Position numbers and translations under genes: made by a program | Shown: piece after piece, positions 50,481 to 60,251 of the stretch | Layout of the letters: each line of letters begins with the position of its first letter | Position numbering within the stretch: position 1 is the stretch's first letter | Notes under the pieces: generated by a model | The model's input: the letters and a program-made list of their open reading frames with translations, nothing else | Databases searched by the model: none | Told to the model about the DNA's origin: nothing | Assembly (NCBI GenBank): GCA_963796455.1 | Contig: CAWCLO010000003.1 | Location: forward strand, 96,001 to 160,000 | Length of the DNA: 64,000 nucleotides | Direction: 5' to 3' | From: Candidatus Sulfomarinibacteraceae bacterium | Lineage (GTDB): Bacteria > Acidobacteriota > Thermoanaerobaculia > Thermoanaerobaculales > Sulfomarinibacteraceae

Positions 50481-50498
50481 TTGTGAATTTGTTCACGT
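50481..50498. promoter_or_regulatory. Putative Rex operator upstream of nifJ
   Basis: TTGTGAA-TTTG-TTCACGT vs Rex consensus TTGTGAA-N4-TTCACAA. Confidence 0.55.
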
Positions 50499-50569
50499 AA
50501 TCTGAGATTGCGTGTCCGCTGCACCGAGTGATCTTAAGCCGCCCGCGAGACATTCCCCGGAGGTTATCC

Positions 50570-53500
50570 ATGACAAAACGACGTACCGTAATGATTGACG
50601 GCAATGAAGCGACCGCGTCGGTCGCGCACCGCATCAATGATGTCTGTGCGATCTACCCGATCACGCCCTCATCGAATATGGGTGAGTTCGCCGACGAGTG
50701 GTCGGCACAGGGCAAGACCAATATCTGGGGCATCGTCCCCGATGTCGTCGAGATGCAGTCCGAAGGTGGGGCTGCCGCGGCCGTCCACGGTTCCCTGCAG
50801 GCCGGAGCACTGACCACGACCTTTACCGCGTCACAGGGTCTGCTTCTGATGATTCCGAGCATGTACAAGATCGCCGGCGAACTGACATCGGCGGTCTTCC
50901 ACGTCTCGGCCCGAACTCTGGCGACCCACGCCCTTTCGATCTTTGGAGACCACTCCGACATCAACGCCGTCCGCCAGACGGGTTGGGGCCTGATGGCCTC
51001 CGGTTCGGTGCAAGAAGCACACGACATGGCGTGTATCACTCAGATGGCGACCCTCGCCAGCCGGATTCCCTTCGTTCATTTCTTCGATGGATTTCGGACC
51101 TCGCACGAGGTATCGAAAATCGAAATGCTCGAGGACGACGATCTGCGCGAACTGATCGACGACGACCTCATTCGGGCACACCGCGATCGGGCGCTCTCTC
51201 CGGACCGTCCGGTGGTTCGCGGCACCTCACAGAACCCCGACACCTTCTTCCAGGCCCGCGAGGCGATCAACCCCTTCTATGAGGCCTGCACCGGACACGT
51301 CATCGAAGCGATGGAGGCCTTTGCCAAGAGGATCGGTCGCGAGTACCACCTCTTCGACTATGTCGGCGCCCCGGATGCCGAACGCGTCGTGGTGATCATG
51401 GGCTCGGGTGCAGAAGCTGTCCACGAGATGGTCGATTGGATGAACGCCAAGGGCGAAAAGGTCGGTGTTCTCAAGGTCCGCCTCTATCGTCCGTTCTCGG
51501 CCGAGCATTTCCTCGCTGCGCTGCCGAAGACGACGAAGAAAATTGCCGTGATGGACCGCACCAAGGAGCCCGGCTGCCTCGGCGATCCCCTCTACCTCGA
51601 TGTCGTCACCGCCATGCACGAAGCTCGCACCATGGGCAAAAGCCCATTTGCATCAGAGCCGATCATCGTTGGCGGCCGCTACGGATTGTCGTCGAAAGAG
51701 TTCAACGACATGATGGTCAAATCGATCTTCGACAACCTCGGTACCGACGAGCCTCGCAATCATTTCACCATCGGTATCGTCGATGACATCAGCCACACCT
51801 CGCTGCCGATGGACGATGACTTCACCATTGCCGGCGACGACGTTTTCCGCGGGCTCTTCTACGGCCTCGGCTCTGACGGCACCGTCGGCGCCAACAAAAA
51901 CTCGATCAAGATCATCGGCGAAGAAACCGACAACTATGCCCAGGGCTATTTCGTCTATGACTCCAAAAAAGCGGGGGCGGTCACCGTTTCCCACCTCCGC
52001 TTCGGCCCCGAACCGATCCGTTCGTCCTATCTGATCCGCAAGGCCAAGTTTGTCGCCTGCCACCAGTGGGTGTTCATCGAGAAACTCGACATGCTCGCCT
52101 ACGCTCAACCGGGCGCGACCTTCCTGGTCAACTCGCCCTATGCGGCTGACGAAACCTGGGACCACTTCCCACGCGAGGTCCAGCAGGCAATCATCGATCT
52201 GGATCTCAAGGTCTACTGCATCGACGCCACCGAGGTCGCCCGCGAAACCGGAATGGGTCGCCGCACCAACACCATCATGCAGACCTGTTTCTTTGCCATC
52301 TCGGGCATCCTGCCCCGCGACGAGGCAATAGAAAAAATCAAGAACGCGATCAAGAAGACCTATGGCGCCAAGGGCGACGAGATCGTCCAGCTCAACTTCA
52401 ACGCGGTGGACGGCACGCTGGCCAACCTCCACGAGGTCAAGGTTCCGGACACGGTGAATGCGACCTTCACCCGGCCGCCCACCGTCTCGGATGAGGCACC
52501 CGATCTGGTCAAGAAGGTCACCGCATTGATGCTCGAGGGCAAGGGCGACCTCCTGCCCGTCTCGGCCTTCCCGCCCGATGGCACGTGGCCGCTTTCCACC
52601 ACCCAGTGGGAAAAACGCAACATTGCCATCGACATCCCGGTTTGGGATGAAGGGCTCTGCATCCAGTGCAACAAGTGCGCGTTGGTGTGCCCGCACGCGG
52701 CCATCCGCGCCAAGGTCTACGACCCGGCGGCCCTCGAGGGAGCACCGGATACCTTCAAGGCGGTCGACTACAAGGCCAAGGACTTTGCCGGCTCCAAATA
52801 CACCATCCAGATCGCACCCGAGGATTGCACCGGCTGCGAGCTCTGCGTTCGGGTCTGCCCGGCCAAAGACAAGTCGAATCCCAAACACAAGTCGCTCGAC
52901 ATGATGCCGCAGATGCCGCTCCGCGAACAGGAGCGCGAGAATTACGCCTTCTTCCTCGATCTGCCCGAGGTCGATCGCACCAAGGTCAAGCTCGACGTCA
53001 AGGGCGCACAGTTCCTGCAACCGCTCTTCGAGTACTCGGGCGCCTGCGAAGGCTGCGGCGAGACGCCCTACGTCAAACTGCTCACCCAGCTCTTCGGCGA
53101 CCGGCTCCTGATCGGCAACGCCACCGGCTGTTCCTCGATCTATGGCGGCAACCTGCCGACCACGCCGTATGCGGTGGACCAGAACGGGCGAGGCCCGGCC
53201 TGGAACAACTCCCTGTTCGAGGACGCCGCCGAGTTTTCGCTCGGTTTCCGGCTCGCCATCGACCAGACCGAGGTTGCCGCGCGGCGGCTGCTCAAGGACC
53301 AGGCCTCGGCGGTCGGCAGCGAGCTGGTTGACGAGATCCTCGTTGCCGATCAGCTCTCGGAAGAGGGGATCGCACAACAGAGGGAACGCATCGAAACACT
53401 GAAGAACAAGCTCAGCGGCATCGACAATGCTGGAGCAAACACCCTCGCACACATCGCCGACTACTTGGTTCGCAAGAGCGTCTGGGCGGTCGGCGGTGAC

Positions 53501-54148
53501 GGTTGGGCCTACGACATCGGATACGGCGGCCTCGACCACACCCTCGGCATCGGTCGCAACGTCAACCTCCTGGTGCTCGATACCGGCGTCTACTCGAATA
53601 CCGGCGGCCAGGCCTCGAAGGCGACGCCGCTCGGCGCCGTCGCCAAGTTCGCCATGGCGGGCAAGGGTATCCCCTCCAAGGACCTCGGGATGATGGCCAT
53701 GGCCTATGGTCATGTCTATGTGGCTTCAGTGGCCTTCGGCGCCAAGGACAGTCAAACCGTCCGCGCCTTCCTCGAAGCCGAGTCCTACGACGGCCCGTCG
53801 ATCATCATTGCCTACTCGCACTGCATCGCGCACGGCTACAACATGGCGGACAGCCTCGACCATCAGTTGATGGCGGTCGAAAGCGGCGCCTGGCCGATGT
53901 ACCGCTTCGATCCTCGCCGGACCGCGATGGGCGAGAACCCACTCAAGCTCGATTCGCGGGCGCCGAAAATCTCCTTTGAGGAGTACGCCCTCTCCGAGAC
54001 CCGGTTCCGGATGCTCATGAAGGTCAACCCCGAGCGCTCGAAGAGATTGCTCGAGGAAGCACAACGGGTCGTCCAGGCAAAATACGACATGTACAAACAA
54101 CTCGCCAACCTGCACTACGGCTCGAACGCCGATAGCGAAACGAATTGA
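50570..54148 (+). CDS. nifJ: Pyruvate:ferredoxin (flavodoxin) oxidoreductase
   Basis: YPITPS, EMQSEGGA, two CxxCxxCxxxC motifs, GACEGCGE, GGDGWAYDIG. Confidence 0.97.
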   Translation: MTKRRTVMIDGNEATASVAHRINDVCAIYPITPSSNMGEFADEWSAQGKTNIWGIVPDVVEMQSEGGAAAAVHGSLQAGALTTTFTASQGLLLMIPSMYKIAGELTSAVFHVSARTLATHALSIFGDHSDINAVRQTGWGLMASGSVQEAHDMACITQMATLASRIPFVHFFDGFRTSHEVSKIEMLEDDDLRELIDDDLIRAHRDRALSPDRPVVRGTSQNPDTFFQAREAINPFYEACTGHVIEAMEAFAKRIGREYHLFDYVGAPDAERVVVIMGSGAEAVHEMVDWMNAKGEKVGVLKVRLYRPFSAEHFLAALPKTTKKIAVMDRTKEPGCLGDPLYLDVVTAMHEARTMGKSPFASEPIIVGGRYGLSSKEFNDMMVKSIFDNLGTDEPRNHFTIGIVDDISHTSLPMDDDFTIAGDDVFRGLFYGLGSDGTVGANKNSIKIIGEETDNYAQGYFVYDSKKAGAVTVSHLRFGPEPIRSSYLIRKAKFVACHQWVFIEKLDMLAYAQPGATFLVNSPYAADETWDHFPREVQQAIIDLDLKVYCIDATEVARETGMGRRTNTIMQTCFFAISGILPRDEAIEKIKNAIKKTYGAKGDEIVQLNFNAVDGTLANLHEVKVPDTVNATFTRPPTVSDEAPDLVKKVTALMLEGKGDLLPVSAFPPDGTWPLSTTQWEKRNIAIDIPVWDEGLCIQCNKCALVCPHAAIRAKVYDPAALEGAPDTFKAVDYKAKDFAGSKYTIQIAPEDCTGCELCVRVCPAKDKSNPKHKSLDMMPQMPLREQERENYAFFLDLPEVDRTKVKLDVKGAQFLQPLFEYSGACEGCGETPYVKLLTQLFGDRLLIGNATGCSSIYGGNLPTTPYAVDQNGRGPAWNNSLFEDAAEFSLGFRLAIDQTEVAARRLLKDQASAVGSELVDEILVADQLSEEGIAQQRERIETLKNKLSGIDNAGANTLAHIADYLVRKSVWAVGGDGWAYDIGYGGLDHTLGIGRNVNLLVLDTGVYSNTGGQASKATPLGAVAKFAMAGKGIPSKDLGMMAMAYGHVYVASVAFGAKDSQTVRAFLEAESYDGPSIIIAYSHCIAHGYNMADSLDHQLMAVESGAWPMYRFDPRRTAMGENPLKLDSRAPKISFEEYALSETRFRMLMKVNPERSKRLLEEAQRVVQAKYDMYKQLANLHYGSNADSETN

Positions 54149-54159
54149 GGGAGGGAGCT

Positions 54160-55149
54160 ATGGACCTCAAAACCAAATATCTCGGACTCGAGCTCGCCAA
54201 CCCGATCGTCAGCGGTTCATGCCCTCTCGGCGCCAGCCTCGACACGATCCGTCATCTCGAAGATGCCGGCGCGGCCGCGATCGTCCTGCCGTCGCTCTTC
54301 GAGGAAGAAATCATGGGCGCCGTCCAGGCGCAGATGGAAATGGAATCGGCCGGAGCCGGTTTTGCCGAGGCGTCGTCCTACATGCCCAATCCGGAGGGAT
54401 ACCACGTCGGACCCGACAAGTATCTCGACCATCTCCGGGCTGCGAAGGAAGCGGTTTCGATCCCGATCATCGCCTCCCTCAACGGTTCCTCGGCGGGCGG
54501 CTGGACAAACTACGCCCAGAAGATGGAACAGGCGGGTGCGGATGCCATCGAGCTCAACACCTACTACCTCGCCACAAAGGCCGATGAGGACGGCGCCAGT
54601 GTTGAACAGCGCACCCTCGACATCGTCGCCGATGTGGCCAAGGCGGTGAAGATTCCGGTGGCCATCAAGCTGTCGCCGTTTTTCTCGTCGCTGGCGAATC
54701 TTGCCAAGAAGATCGAAGCGAATGGCGCCAAGGGTCTGGTCATTTTCAACCGCTTCTATCAGCCCGATCTCGACATCGAAGAACTCGATGTGGTGCCGAA
54801 CCTGCGCCTCTCTTCCGCCGACGAACTGCGGATGCGGCTGCGCTGGCTGGCGATCCTCTCGTGCCAGACCGAGATGTCGCTCGCCGCGACCGGTGGCGCC
54901 CACAACGCGGTGGATGTCATCAAGGCCGTGATGACCGGCGCCCATTCGGTGCAGATGGTCTCGGCGCTCTTGATTCACGGTCCCGAACACATCAAACGCA
55001 CCCTCGAGGCAATCGATTTCTGGCTGACCGAACACGAGTATGAGTCCCTCGCCCAGATGCAGGGATCGATGAACATGGCCAAAGTCCCGGATGCCGCCAA
55101 GCTGACCCGCGCCAACTACATGAAAATGCTGGACAGCTGGCAGCAGTGA
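54160..55149 (+). CDS. Dihydroorotate dehydrogenase-like protein
   Basis: YLGLELANP, VLPSLFEE, IKLSP, FNRFYQPD; family typically follows nifJ. Confidence 0.9.
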   Translation: MDLKTKYLGLELANPIVSGSCPLGASLDTIRHLEDAGAAAIVLPSLFEEEIMGAVQAQMEMESAGAGFAEASSYMPNPEGYHVGPDKYLDHLRAAKEAVSIPIIASLNGSSAGGWTNYAQKMEQAGADAIELNTYYLATKADEDGASVEQRTLDIVADVAKAVKIPVAIKLSPFFSSLANLAKKIEANGAKGLVIFNRFYQPDLDIEELDVVPNLRLSSADELRMRLRWLAILSCQTEMSLAATGGAHNAVDVIKAVMTGAHSVQMVSALLIHGPEHIKRTLEAIDFWLTEHEYESLAQMQGSMNMAKVPDAAKLTRANYMKMLDSWQQ

Positions 55150-55170
55150 CGCACTTCCAGCTGAGTGATC

Positions 55171-55197
55171 AGGGGCGGCTTCGGCCGCCCCTTTTTT
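55171..55197 (+). terminator. Rho-independent terminator
   Basis: GGGGCGGC-TTCG-GCCGCCCC followed by T6. Confidence 0.9.
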
Positions 55198-55210
55198 GAT
55201 ACTCGATGCT

Positions 55211-55965
55211 GGATCACTCTTGTCCAAGACAGAGTCTCAGACAGCGACCGGGGACAGGGACGGGTAACGGCGGACAGCGTCAGCGAACGGTTGTCAGGGT
55301 CAGCGATCAGCTATCAAAAGCAGCGACCGGTAACGGCGCTCACATTTTCGGGTTCAAGAGCCGCCAGGTCATCGCTCGGACCTGATCGAACGCCTTCATC
55401 GCGTCAAGGGCTGCTGTTCGGCTGATTGCCCCGGCGTGGGCGAGGAGCATTAAGTGGCTGTCGACCTCTTTGGCCGAGGCGTAGGCGATTCTCCAGTGGT
55501 TCAACCGGTCTCTACCGAATCGGCCGTGCCCTTCGGCCATGTTCGCAGGGACCGAACTTACCGACCGGATCACCTGATCGGCTATGGACTTCAGTGGAGC
55601 TGGAACCCTCATCACAAGCTTGATCGCGATTCCTGCTGCTTCGAGGGCTTTCGAGTGGGCAACGAGGTTGGTGTTCGGGACGGCGTTGGACATGGTCACC
55701 TCCGGGTCGTTCATGCCCATACCCACAAGCCGGTGTGGCGGCCGATGTCAAGGATGCCCTGCACCCTGCCTGTCCTTGACATCGGCTGCCCACCGGCTAT
55801 CCCTTCTGATGAACGACCCGGGGGTGAGCACTACGCCGCAGGAACTCCAGACTACTGCCGCTGCTCTCCGTCGCTGAACACTGATCGCTGCCCCTGATCA
55901 CTGATTGCTGACCGCTGTTCCCTGTCCCTGTCGCTGCCACTGCAATTCCGGCACAGGCGCGGGGG
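55211..55965 (-). mobile_element. Copy E (full-length) of four-helix-bundle-associated element
   Basis: Left arm, full leader hairpin 55694-55829, intact ORF, right arm, terminus GGATCACTCTTGTCCAAGAC 55211-55230. Confidence 0.8.
55340..55693 (-). CDS. Four-helix-bundle protein (23S rRNA IVP / bAvd-like family), 117 aa
   Basis: DQVIRSVSSVPANMAEG..R...IAYASAKEV..HL matches the family pattern; GGAGGTG RBS before ATG 55693. Confidence 0.9.
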   Translation of the reverse strand: MSNAVPNTNLVAHSKALEAAGIAIKLVMRVPAPLKSIADQVIRSVSSVPANMAEGHGRFGRDRLNHWRIAYASAKEVDSHLMLLAHAGAISRTAALDAMKAFDQVRAMTWRLLNPKM

Positions 55966-56055
55966 AACCGTGAATCGAGCACCTAGTATTGAATATCCCT
56001 TCTCGCTCGCCGCCTCCTGGCTGTGTATTGGTATTCTCCTGCAAGGGGGCAACGA

Positions 56056-57456
56056 TTGACCACTCGCGACTATTCTGCACTGCTTGCCGAACTGGCTGAC
56101 GAATTGAGGGCTCATTCGCCACGATCCGCGGCAATTCACGAGGCGGCACAGCAGCACATGATCGACGGCGGCAGCCACACCATCAGGCTCTCACAACCGT
56201 TTCCGCCCCGGATCGTCTCCGCACGAGGGGGCTGGTTAACGGATGAAGACGGACACCGGATCCTCGATCTGTGGCAGGGGCACCTGGCAAATGTCCTCGG
56301 GCACAACCCCGAGGTCGTCACCAGAAATCTGGCGGTCGCCTTTGCCGACGGCTTCGGGCTCCAGACCGGCATGGCCGATCGGCTCCAGGTCGAGGTCGCC
56401 GAGATCCTGTGCCGGCAAACCGGCGCCGAACGGGTCCGACTGACCACCTCCGGCACATTGGCCAACATGTACGCGGTCATCCTGGCCCGTGCATTCACCG
56501 GTCGCAGCAAGGTACTGAAGGTGGGCGGCGGTTGGCACGGCGGGCAACCCTGGTCCCTCAAGGGCTCGTTCTTCGACGCCCGTCAAGGTTCAGGTTTTGG
56601 AAGTATCGATTCGGAGGGATTGCCATCCTCCCTGACCGACGAAGTGATCGTCACGGGCTTCAACGATCCGCAACGGCTTCAGGACGATTTTGATCTTTGG
56701 GGAAACCAGATCGCATGCTTCGTCGTGGAGCCCCTGATCGGTGCCGGGGGTCTGATCCCGGCAAATGGTGAGTACCTGAACCTGGCCCGCGATCTCACCC
56801 AGCATCACGGAGCGCTACTGATTTTCGACGAGGTCATCAACGGATTCCGGTTTCACGCCGGCAATCTCGGGGCCTTGTACGGGATCGATCCCGATCTCAC
56901 GGTCTACGGCAAGGCAATCGGCGGTGGCATGCCGGTGGCCGCGGTGGCCGGAAGAGGCACGATCATGGACCAGGCCGGGCGGTCGCAGGGATGCAGGGTC
57001 TTCTTTTCCGGCGGCACCTACTGCGCCCACCCATCGTCAATGCTTGCGGCCAAGACCTACATGGGCCACCTCATCGAGCATGAGGCCGAAATCTACCCGA
57101 AGCTCGGGCGTCTTGGAGAGGGCATGCGATCCGCGATGGTGAAAGCCTTTGAAGACGAGGGCATCCCGACCCAAGCCACCGGTGCGAGCGGAGACCTTCC
57201 CTTCGGCAGTTCCTTGGGAATGATTCATTTCCCATACGACGAGTCCGCCGGGTTCGACACACCGGAGGCGTTGTTTGATCCCGCTCGCTCTGATGTCGCA
57301 CTCCGTGACATGGTGCTCGGCCCCGCCCTGCTCCTGGAAAACGTGAACCTCTTGGTCGGCCACGGAGCAGTTTCGACCGCCCATACTGACGAGGATATGG
57401 TCCTCCTCGAGGAGGCCTGCCGCAGCGTTGCCCGGCGTGTCAGGGTTTACCGCTGA
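56056..57456 (+). CDS. Class III aminotransferase (glutamate-1-semialdehyde aminomutase-like)
   Basis: LGHN, SGT, VEP, FDEVINGFR, YGKAIGGGMP, GGTY; start uncertain (TTG). Confidence 0.88.
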   Translation: MTTRDYSALLAELADELRAHSPRSAAIHEAAQQHMIDGGSHTIRLSQPFPPRIVSARGGWLTDEDGHRILDLWQGHLANVLGHNPEVVTRNLAVAFADGFGLQTGMADRLQVEVAEILCRQTGAERVRLTTSGTLANMYAVILARAFTGRSKVLKVGGGWHGGQPWSLKGSFFDARQGSGFGSIDSEGLPSSLTDEVIVTGFNDPQRLQDDFDLWGNQIACFVVEPLIGAGGLIPANGEYLNLARDLTQHHGALLIFDEVINGFRFHAGNLGALYGIDPDLTVYGKAIGGGMPVAAVAGRGTIMDQAGRSQGCRVFFSGGTYCAHPSSMLAAKTYMGHLIEHEAEIYPKLGRLGEGMRSAMVKAFEDEGIPTQATGASGDLPFGSSLGMIHFPYDESAGFDTPEALFDPARSDVALRDMVLGPALLLENVNLLVGHGAVSTAHTDEDMVLLEEACRSVARRVRVYR

Positions 57457-57531
57457 CGTCATTTCAGGATATGTGGAGTGGTGCCAGATGCTGCAGATCA
57501 TCACTCCGACATCGGGGCGCACGAGACGGAG

Positions 57532-57608
57532 AATCCGCAGATCACGCAGATGAACACAGATCAATTCGGGCTCGACATTCTGCGCCTATCTGCGGTATCT
57601 GCGGTTTT
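57532..57608. repeat. (CGCAGAT)-type inverted repeat between convergent genes
   Basis: CCGCAGATCACGCAGATGAACACAGAT ... ATCTGCGGTATCTGCGGTT; same arm family as 37298-37329 and 61695-61714. Confidence 0.75.
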
Positions 57609-57638
57609 GAGAAGGGTTCGGGAGGGTGACAGGGAGGG

Positions 57639-60251
57639 TCAGAGCCTCGAGCGGACCTCGGCCAGGATGGCTTCAAAAGCGGGATCACCGAGCAACAGAT
57701 CGAAATCGTCATCCTCGAAAATCCGTTGGTTGGCCCAACCGACATCGAGGGCGCGATGCAGGGTGGAGACGGCGCCGTCACCGTCACCACTGAGAGCCTG
57801 AATACAGGCCTGGTCGTAGAGGTTCCAACCAGCAGAGGGATGGTTGGATCCAAATATCTCGTTACGAATGGCAAGCGCCCGTCGGTACCATTGCAGCGCC
57901 TCGGCGTACTCCTGCTGCTGGTAGTAGTGAAATCCGAACAACTCGATGGTCCGAACCACACCCAGGTGTTTTGATCCGTGGGCCTTCTCGGCGATTTGTA
58001 GCGTCCGGTCGAGTGCCGCGCGGGCACCCTCCGAATCCCCCTGGTTGACCAAGCACAACGCATACGGCCCCAGGGTCCAGATGAGGTCGGGGTGGTCGGG
58101 ACCCAGGGAGCGCTCTCCGATCGCGAGAGCGCGCGCGAATTTCTGATTGGCTTCTGCAAGATTCCGTTTTCGTCGATCGAGTTCCGCCAAAAGGGTGAGT
58201 GGCGACATCAAATTGGGGTGATCGGGGCCGAGGGCTCGTTCCTGGATCTCGAGCGAGCGTTCAAGCTGGGTTCGTGCCTGATCGAGACGGATCGTTTCCA
58301 TATAACAACGACCGAGGGCAGCGTGGAGCCCGCCGACCGTTGGATGGTCGGGACCGTATCTCCCCTCATAGAGCTCCAAAGATCTCACGATGATCTGTTC
58401 TGCGGCGTCGTAGTCCGCCAAATCCATCAGCATGCCGGCGTACGGCCAGGCAGTGTGAACGACTATCGGGTCGTTCTCCATGCCTGCTTCGCGGAGAATG
58501 TCCATCGAGCGCTCGAAGGCCGTACGGGCAGAGCCATATTCACCGATACGTAGACAGGCGCTCCCAACGAAACCGAGACTCGAAGCCACCGCCCAGTGGT
58601 CGGGGCCCAGGGATTGTTCGTAGACAGTCGCGGCCCGTTCGAAGAGGGAACGCGCCGCCTCGTAATCTGCAGCCCAGTATTCGAGCCAACCGAGAGAAAC
58701 GCAACTTTCCGCCACCTCCGAGTGGGTGGGGCCCAGGTGCTCCTCACGGAGGGAAAGTGCGTCCTCGAGCAGAGGCCTGGCCTCTTCGTACCGGCCCATG
58801 TTTCGGTATGCATTGCCGACAGTCCCCAGCAATTGCGCTCGCATCAACGGTTGGTCTGTGAGTTCGTCCTGAATCCGCTCAACACCCCGGTCGAGCATCG
58901 CGGTGGTCGACGGGACCTGTCCCAGCTGGAACTCAGGATCGAAATCCGCAAACATTCCAACCAGCATTTCCGAGACCTTGCTTGCCGTCTCCGCCTCGCG
59001 CTGCGCTCTCACCAGACCGAAGGAGGTACCGATGACCCCCGCCACCAGGGCGAATGCAACGACAGCGCCGGCCGCCACCCCGACGCGATGGCGGCTGACG
59101 AATTTGCGCAGTCGGTACCACGAGCTCGGGGGGCTCGCCTCCACCGGTTCGTCACGCAGATACCGGCCGACGTCGGCCGCCAAACTGGATGGCGAGGCGT
59201 AACGACGCGTGCGGTCTTTCTCCAGGGCTTTCATGACGATCCAATCGAGGTCGCCACGGAGGGTCCGGGCCAGACCCTGGATGTCGGTTCGACGTCGCTC
59301 CGCCGCCAACTGTGAAGCGTTTCCGAGGCTCGTGACGCGGGTGCTCGGTCGCGGCGGTTCTTCTTCACGGATGCGCCGCCGCATCTCGTCAAAACCGGCC
59401 GTTCGGAGTTCTTCACCATCAAATGGCTGGCTCCCGGCGAGCAACTCGTAGAGGACGACGCCCAGCGAATAGACATCCGATCGGGTGTCCACATCGAGGC
59501 TCGTGAGATCGGCCTGCTCAGGGCTCATGTACTCCGGAGTCCCGATCCATTGCCCGAGTTCGGTGAAGAGTGTCCTCTCGGTGAGCCGCTGCGAAGTCGC
59601 CTTGGCGACGCCGAAATCAATGATTTTCGGAACCGCTCGGCCATCATCGACCGCCACCAGAATGTTCGAGGGCTTGATGTCTCGGTGGATCACTCCCTTC
59701 TGGTGGGCGTGCTGTACTCCATCACAGACCTGACAAAAAAGATCCAGCCGCCGTCGCATGTCGAGCCGATTGGTATCGCAGAAGCTCGTGATGGGCACGC
59801 CCTTGACGAACTCCATGGCAAAGAACGGACGGCCCTCATCGGAGGACCCCGCCTCGAAGGCCTTGGCGATATTCGGATGGTTCATCAGAACCAGCGCTTG
59901 GCGTTCCGACTCGAATCGGGCCAGTACCTCCTTGGTGTCCATCCCCCACTTGATGAGCTTGAGGGCGACCCGCCGCCTGACCGGTTGCTGTTGCTCGGCC
60001 TCCCAGACTTCTCCCATTCCGCCTTCACCGATTTTTTGCAGCAAGCGGTACGATCCAAGGATCGCCGGTGGAATCGGATCGGTCTCGGAAAAACTCGAGT
60101 CGTCAACGGCCAGCAATGCCTCGATTTCTTCCCTGAGAGCGTCATCTCCGGAGCACATCTCTTCGAGCCGGGCCGAGCGATCCTCGGTAGGGTGCTCACA
60201 CAACTCGAGGAACATCTTCTTGACCAGGGCGTGTCGTTCAGAGGAAGTCAC
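57639..60251 (-). CDS. Hanks-type Ser/Thr kinase with TM and TPR repeats
   Basis: GEGGMG, VALK, HRDIKPSN, DFG, GTPEYMSPE; GPDHP-type TPR repeats. Confidence 0.95.
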   Translation of the reverse strand: MTSSERHALVKKMFLELCEHPTEDRSARLEEMCSGDDALREEIEALLAVDDSSFSETDPIPPAILGSYRLLQKIGEGGMGEVWEAEQQQPVRRRVALKLIKWGMDTKEVLARFESERQALVLMNHPNIAKAFEAGSSDEGRPFFAMEFVKGVPITSFCDTNRLDMRRRLDLFCQVCDGVQHAHQKGVIHRDIKPSNILVAVDDGRAVPKIIDFGVAKATSQRLTERTLFTELGQWIGTPEYMSPEQADLTSLDVDTRSDVYSLGVVLYELLAGSQPFDGEELRTAGFDEMRRRIREEEPPRPSTRVTSLGNASQLAAERRRTDIQGLARTLRGDLDWIVMKALEKDRTRRYASPSSLAADVGRYLRDEPVEASPPSSWYRLRKFVSRHRVGVAAGAVVAFALVAGVIGTSFGLVRAQREAETASKVSEMLVGMFADFDPEFQLGQVPSTTAMLDRGVERIQDELTDQPLMRAQLLGTVGNAYRNMGRYEEARPLLEDALSLREEHLGPTHSEVAESCVSLGWLEYWAADYEAARSLFERAATVYEQSLGPDHWAVASSLGFVGSACLRIGEYGSARTAFERSMDILREAGMENDPIVVHTAWPYAGMLMDLADYDAAEQIIVRSLELYEGRYGPDHPTVGGLHAALGRCYMETIRLDQARTQLERSLEIQERALGPDHPNLMSPLTLLAELDRRKRNLAEANQKFARALAIGERSLGPDHPDLIWTLGPYALCLVNQGDSEGARAALDRTLQIAEKAHGSKHLGVVRTIELFGFHYYQQQEYAEALQWYRRALAIRNEIFGSNHPSAGWNLYDQACIQALSGDGDGAVSTLHRALDVGWANQRIFEDDDFDLLLGDPAFEAILAEVRSRL

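Noticed and set aside
55340..55693. Diversity-generating retroelement (Avd homolog)
   Set aside because: No reverse transcriptase and no TR/VR pair with adenine-specific mismatches in this window
55694..55726. Longer start MGMGMNDPEVT for the four-helix-bundle gene (also 47865-47897)
   Set aside because: These codons are the hairpin arm containing the GGAGGTG RBS; the ATG at 55693/47864 is the better start
55211..55965. 23S rRNA intervening sequence
   Set aside because: Flanks are protein-coding genes; no rRNA sequence is present
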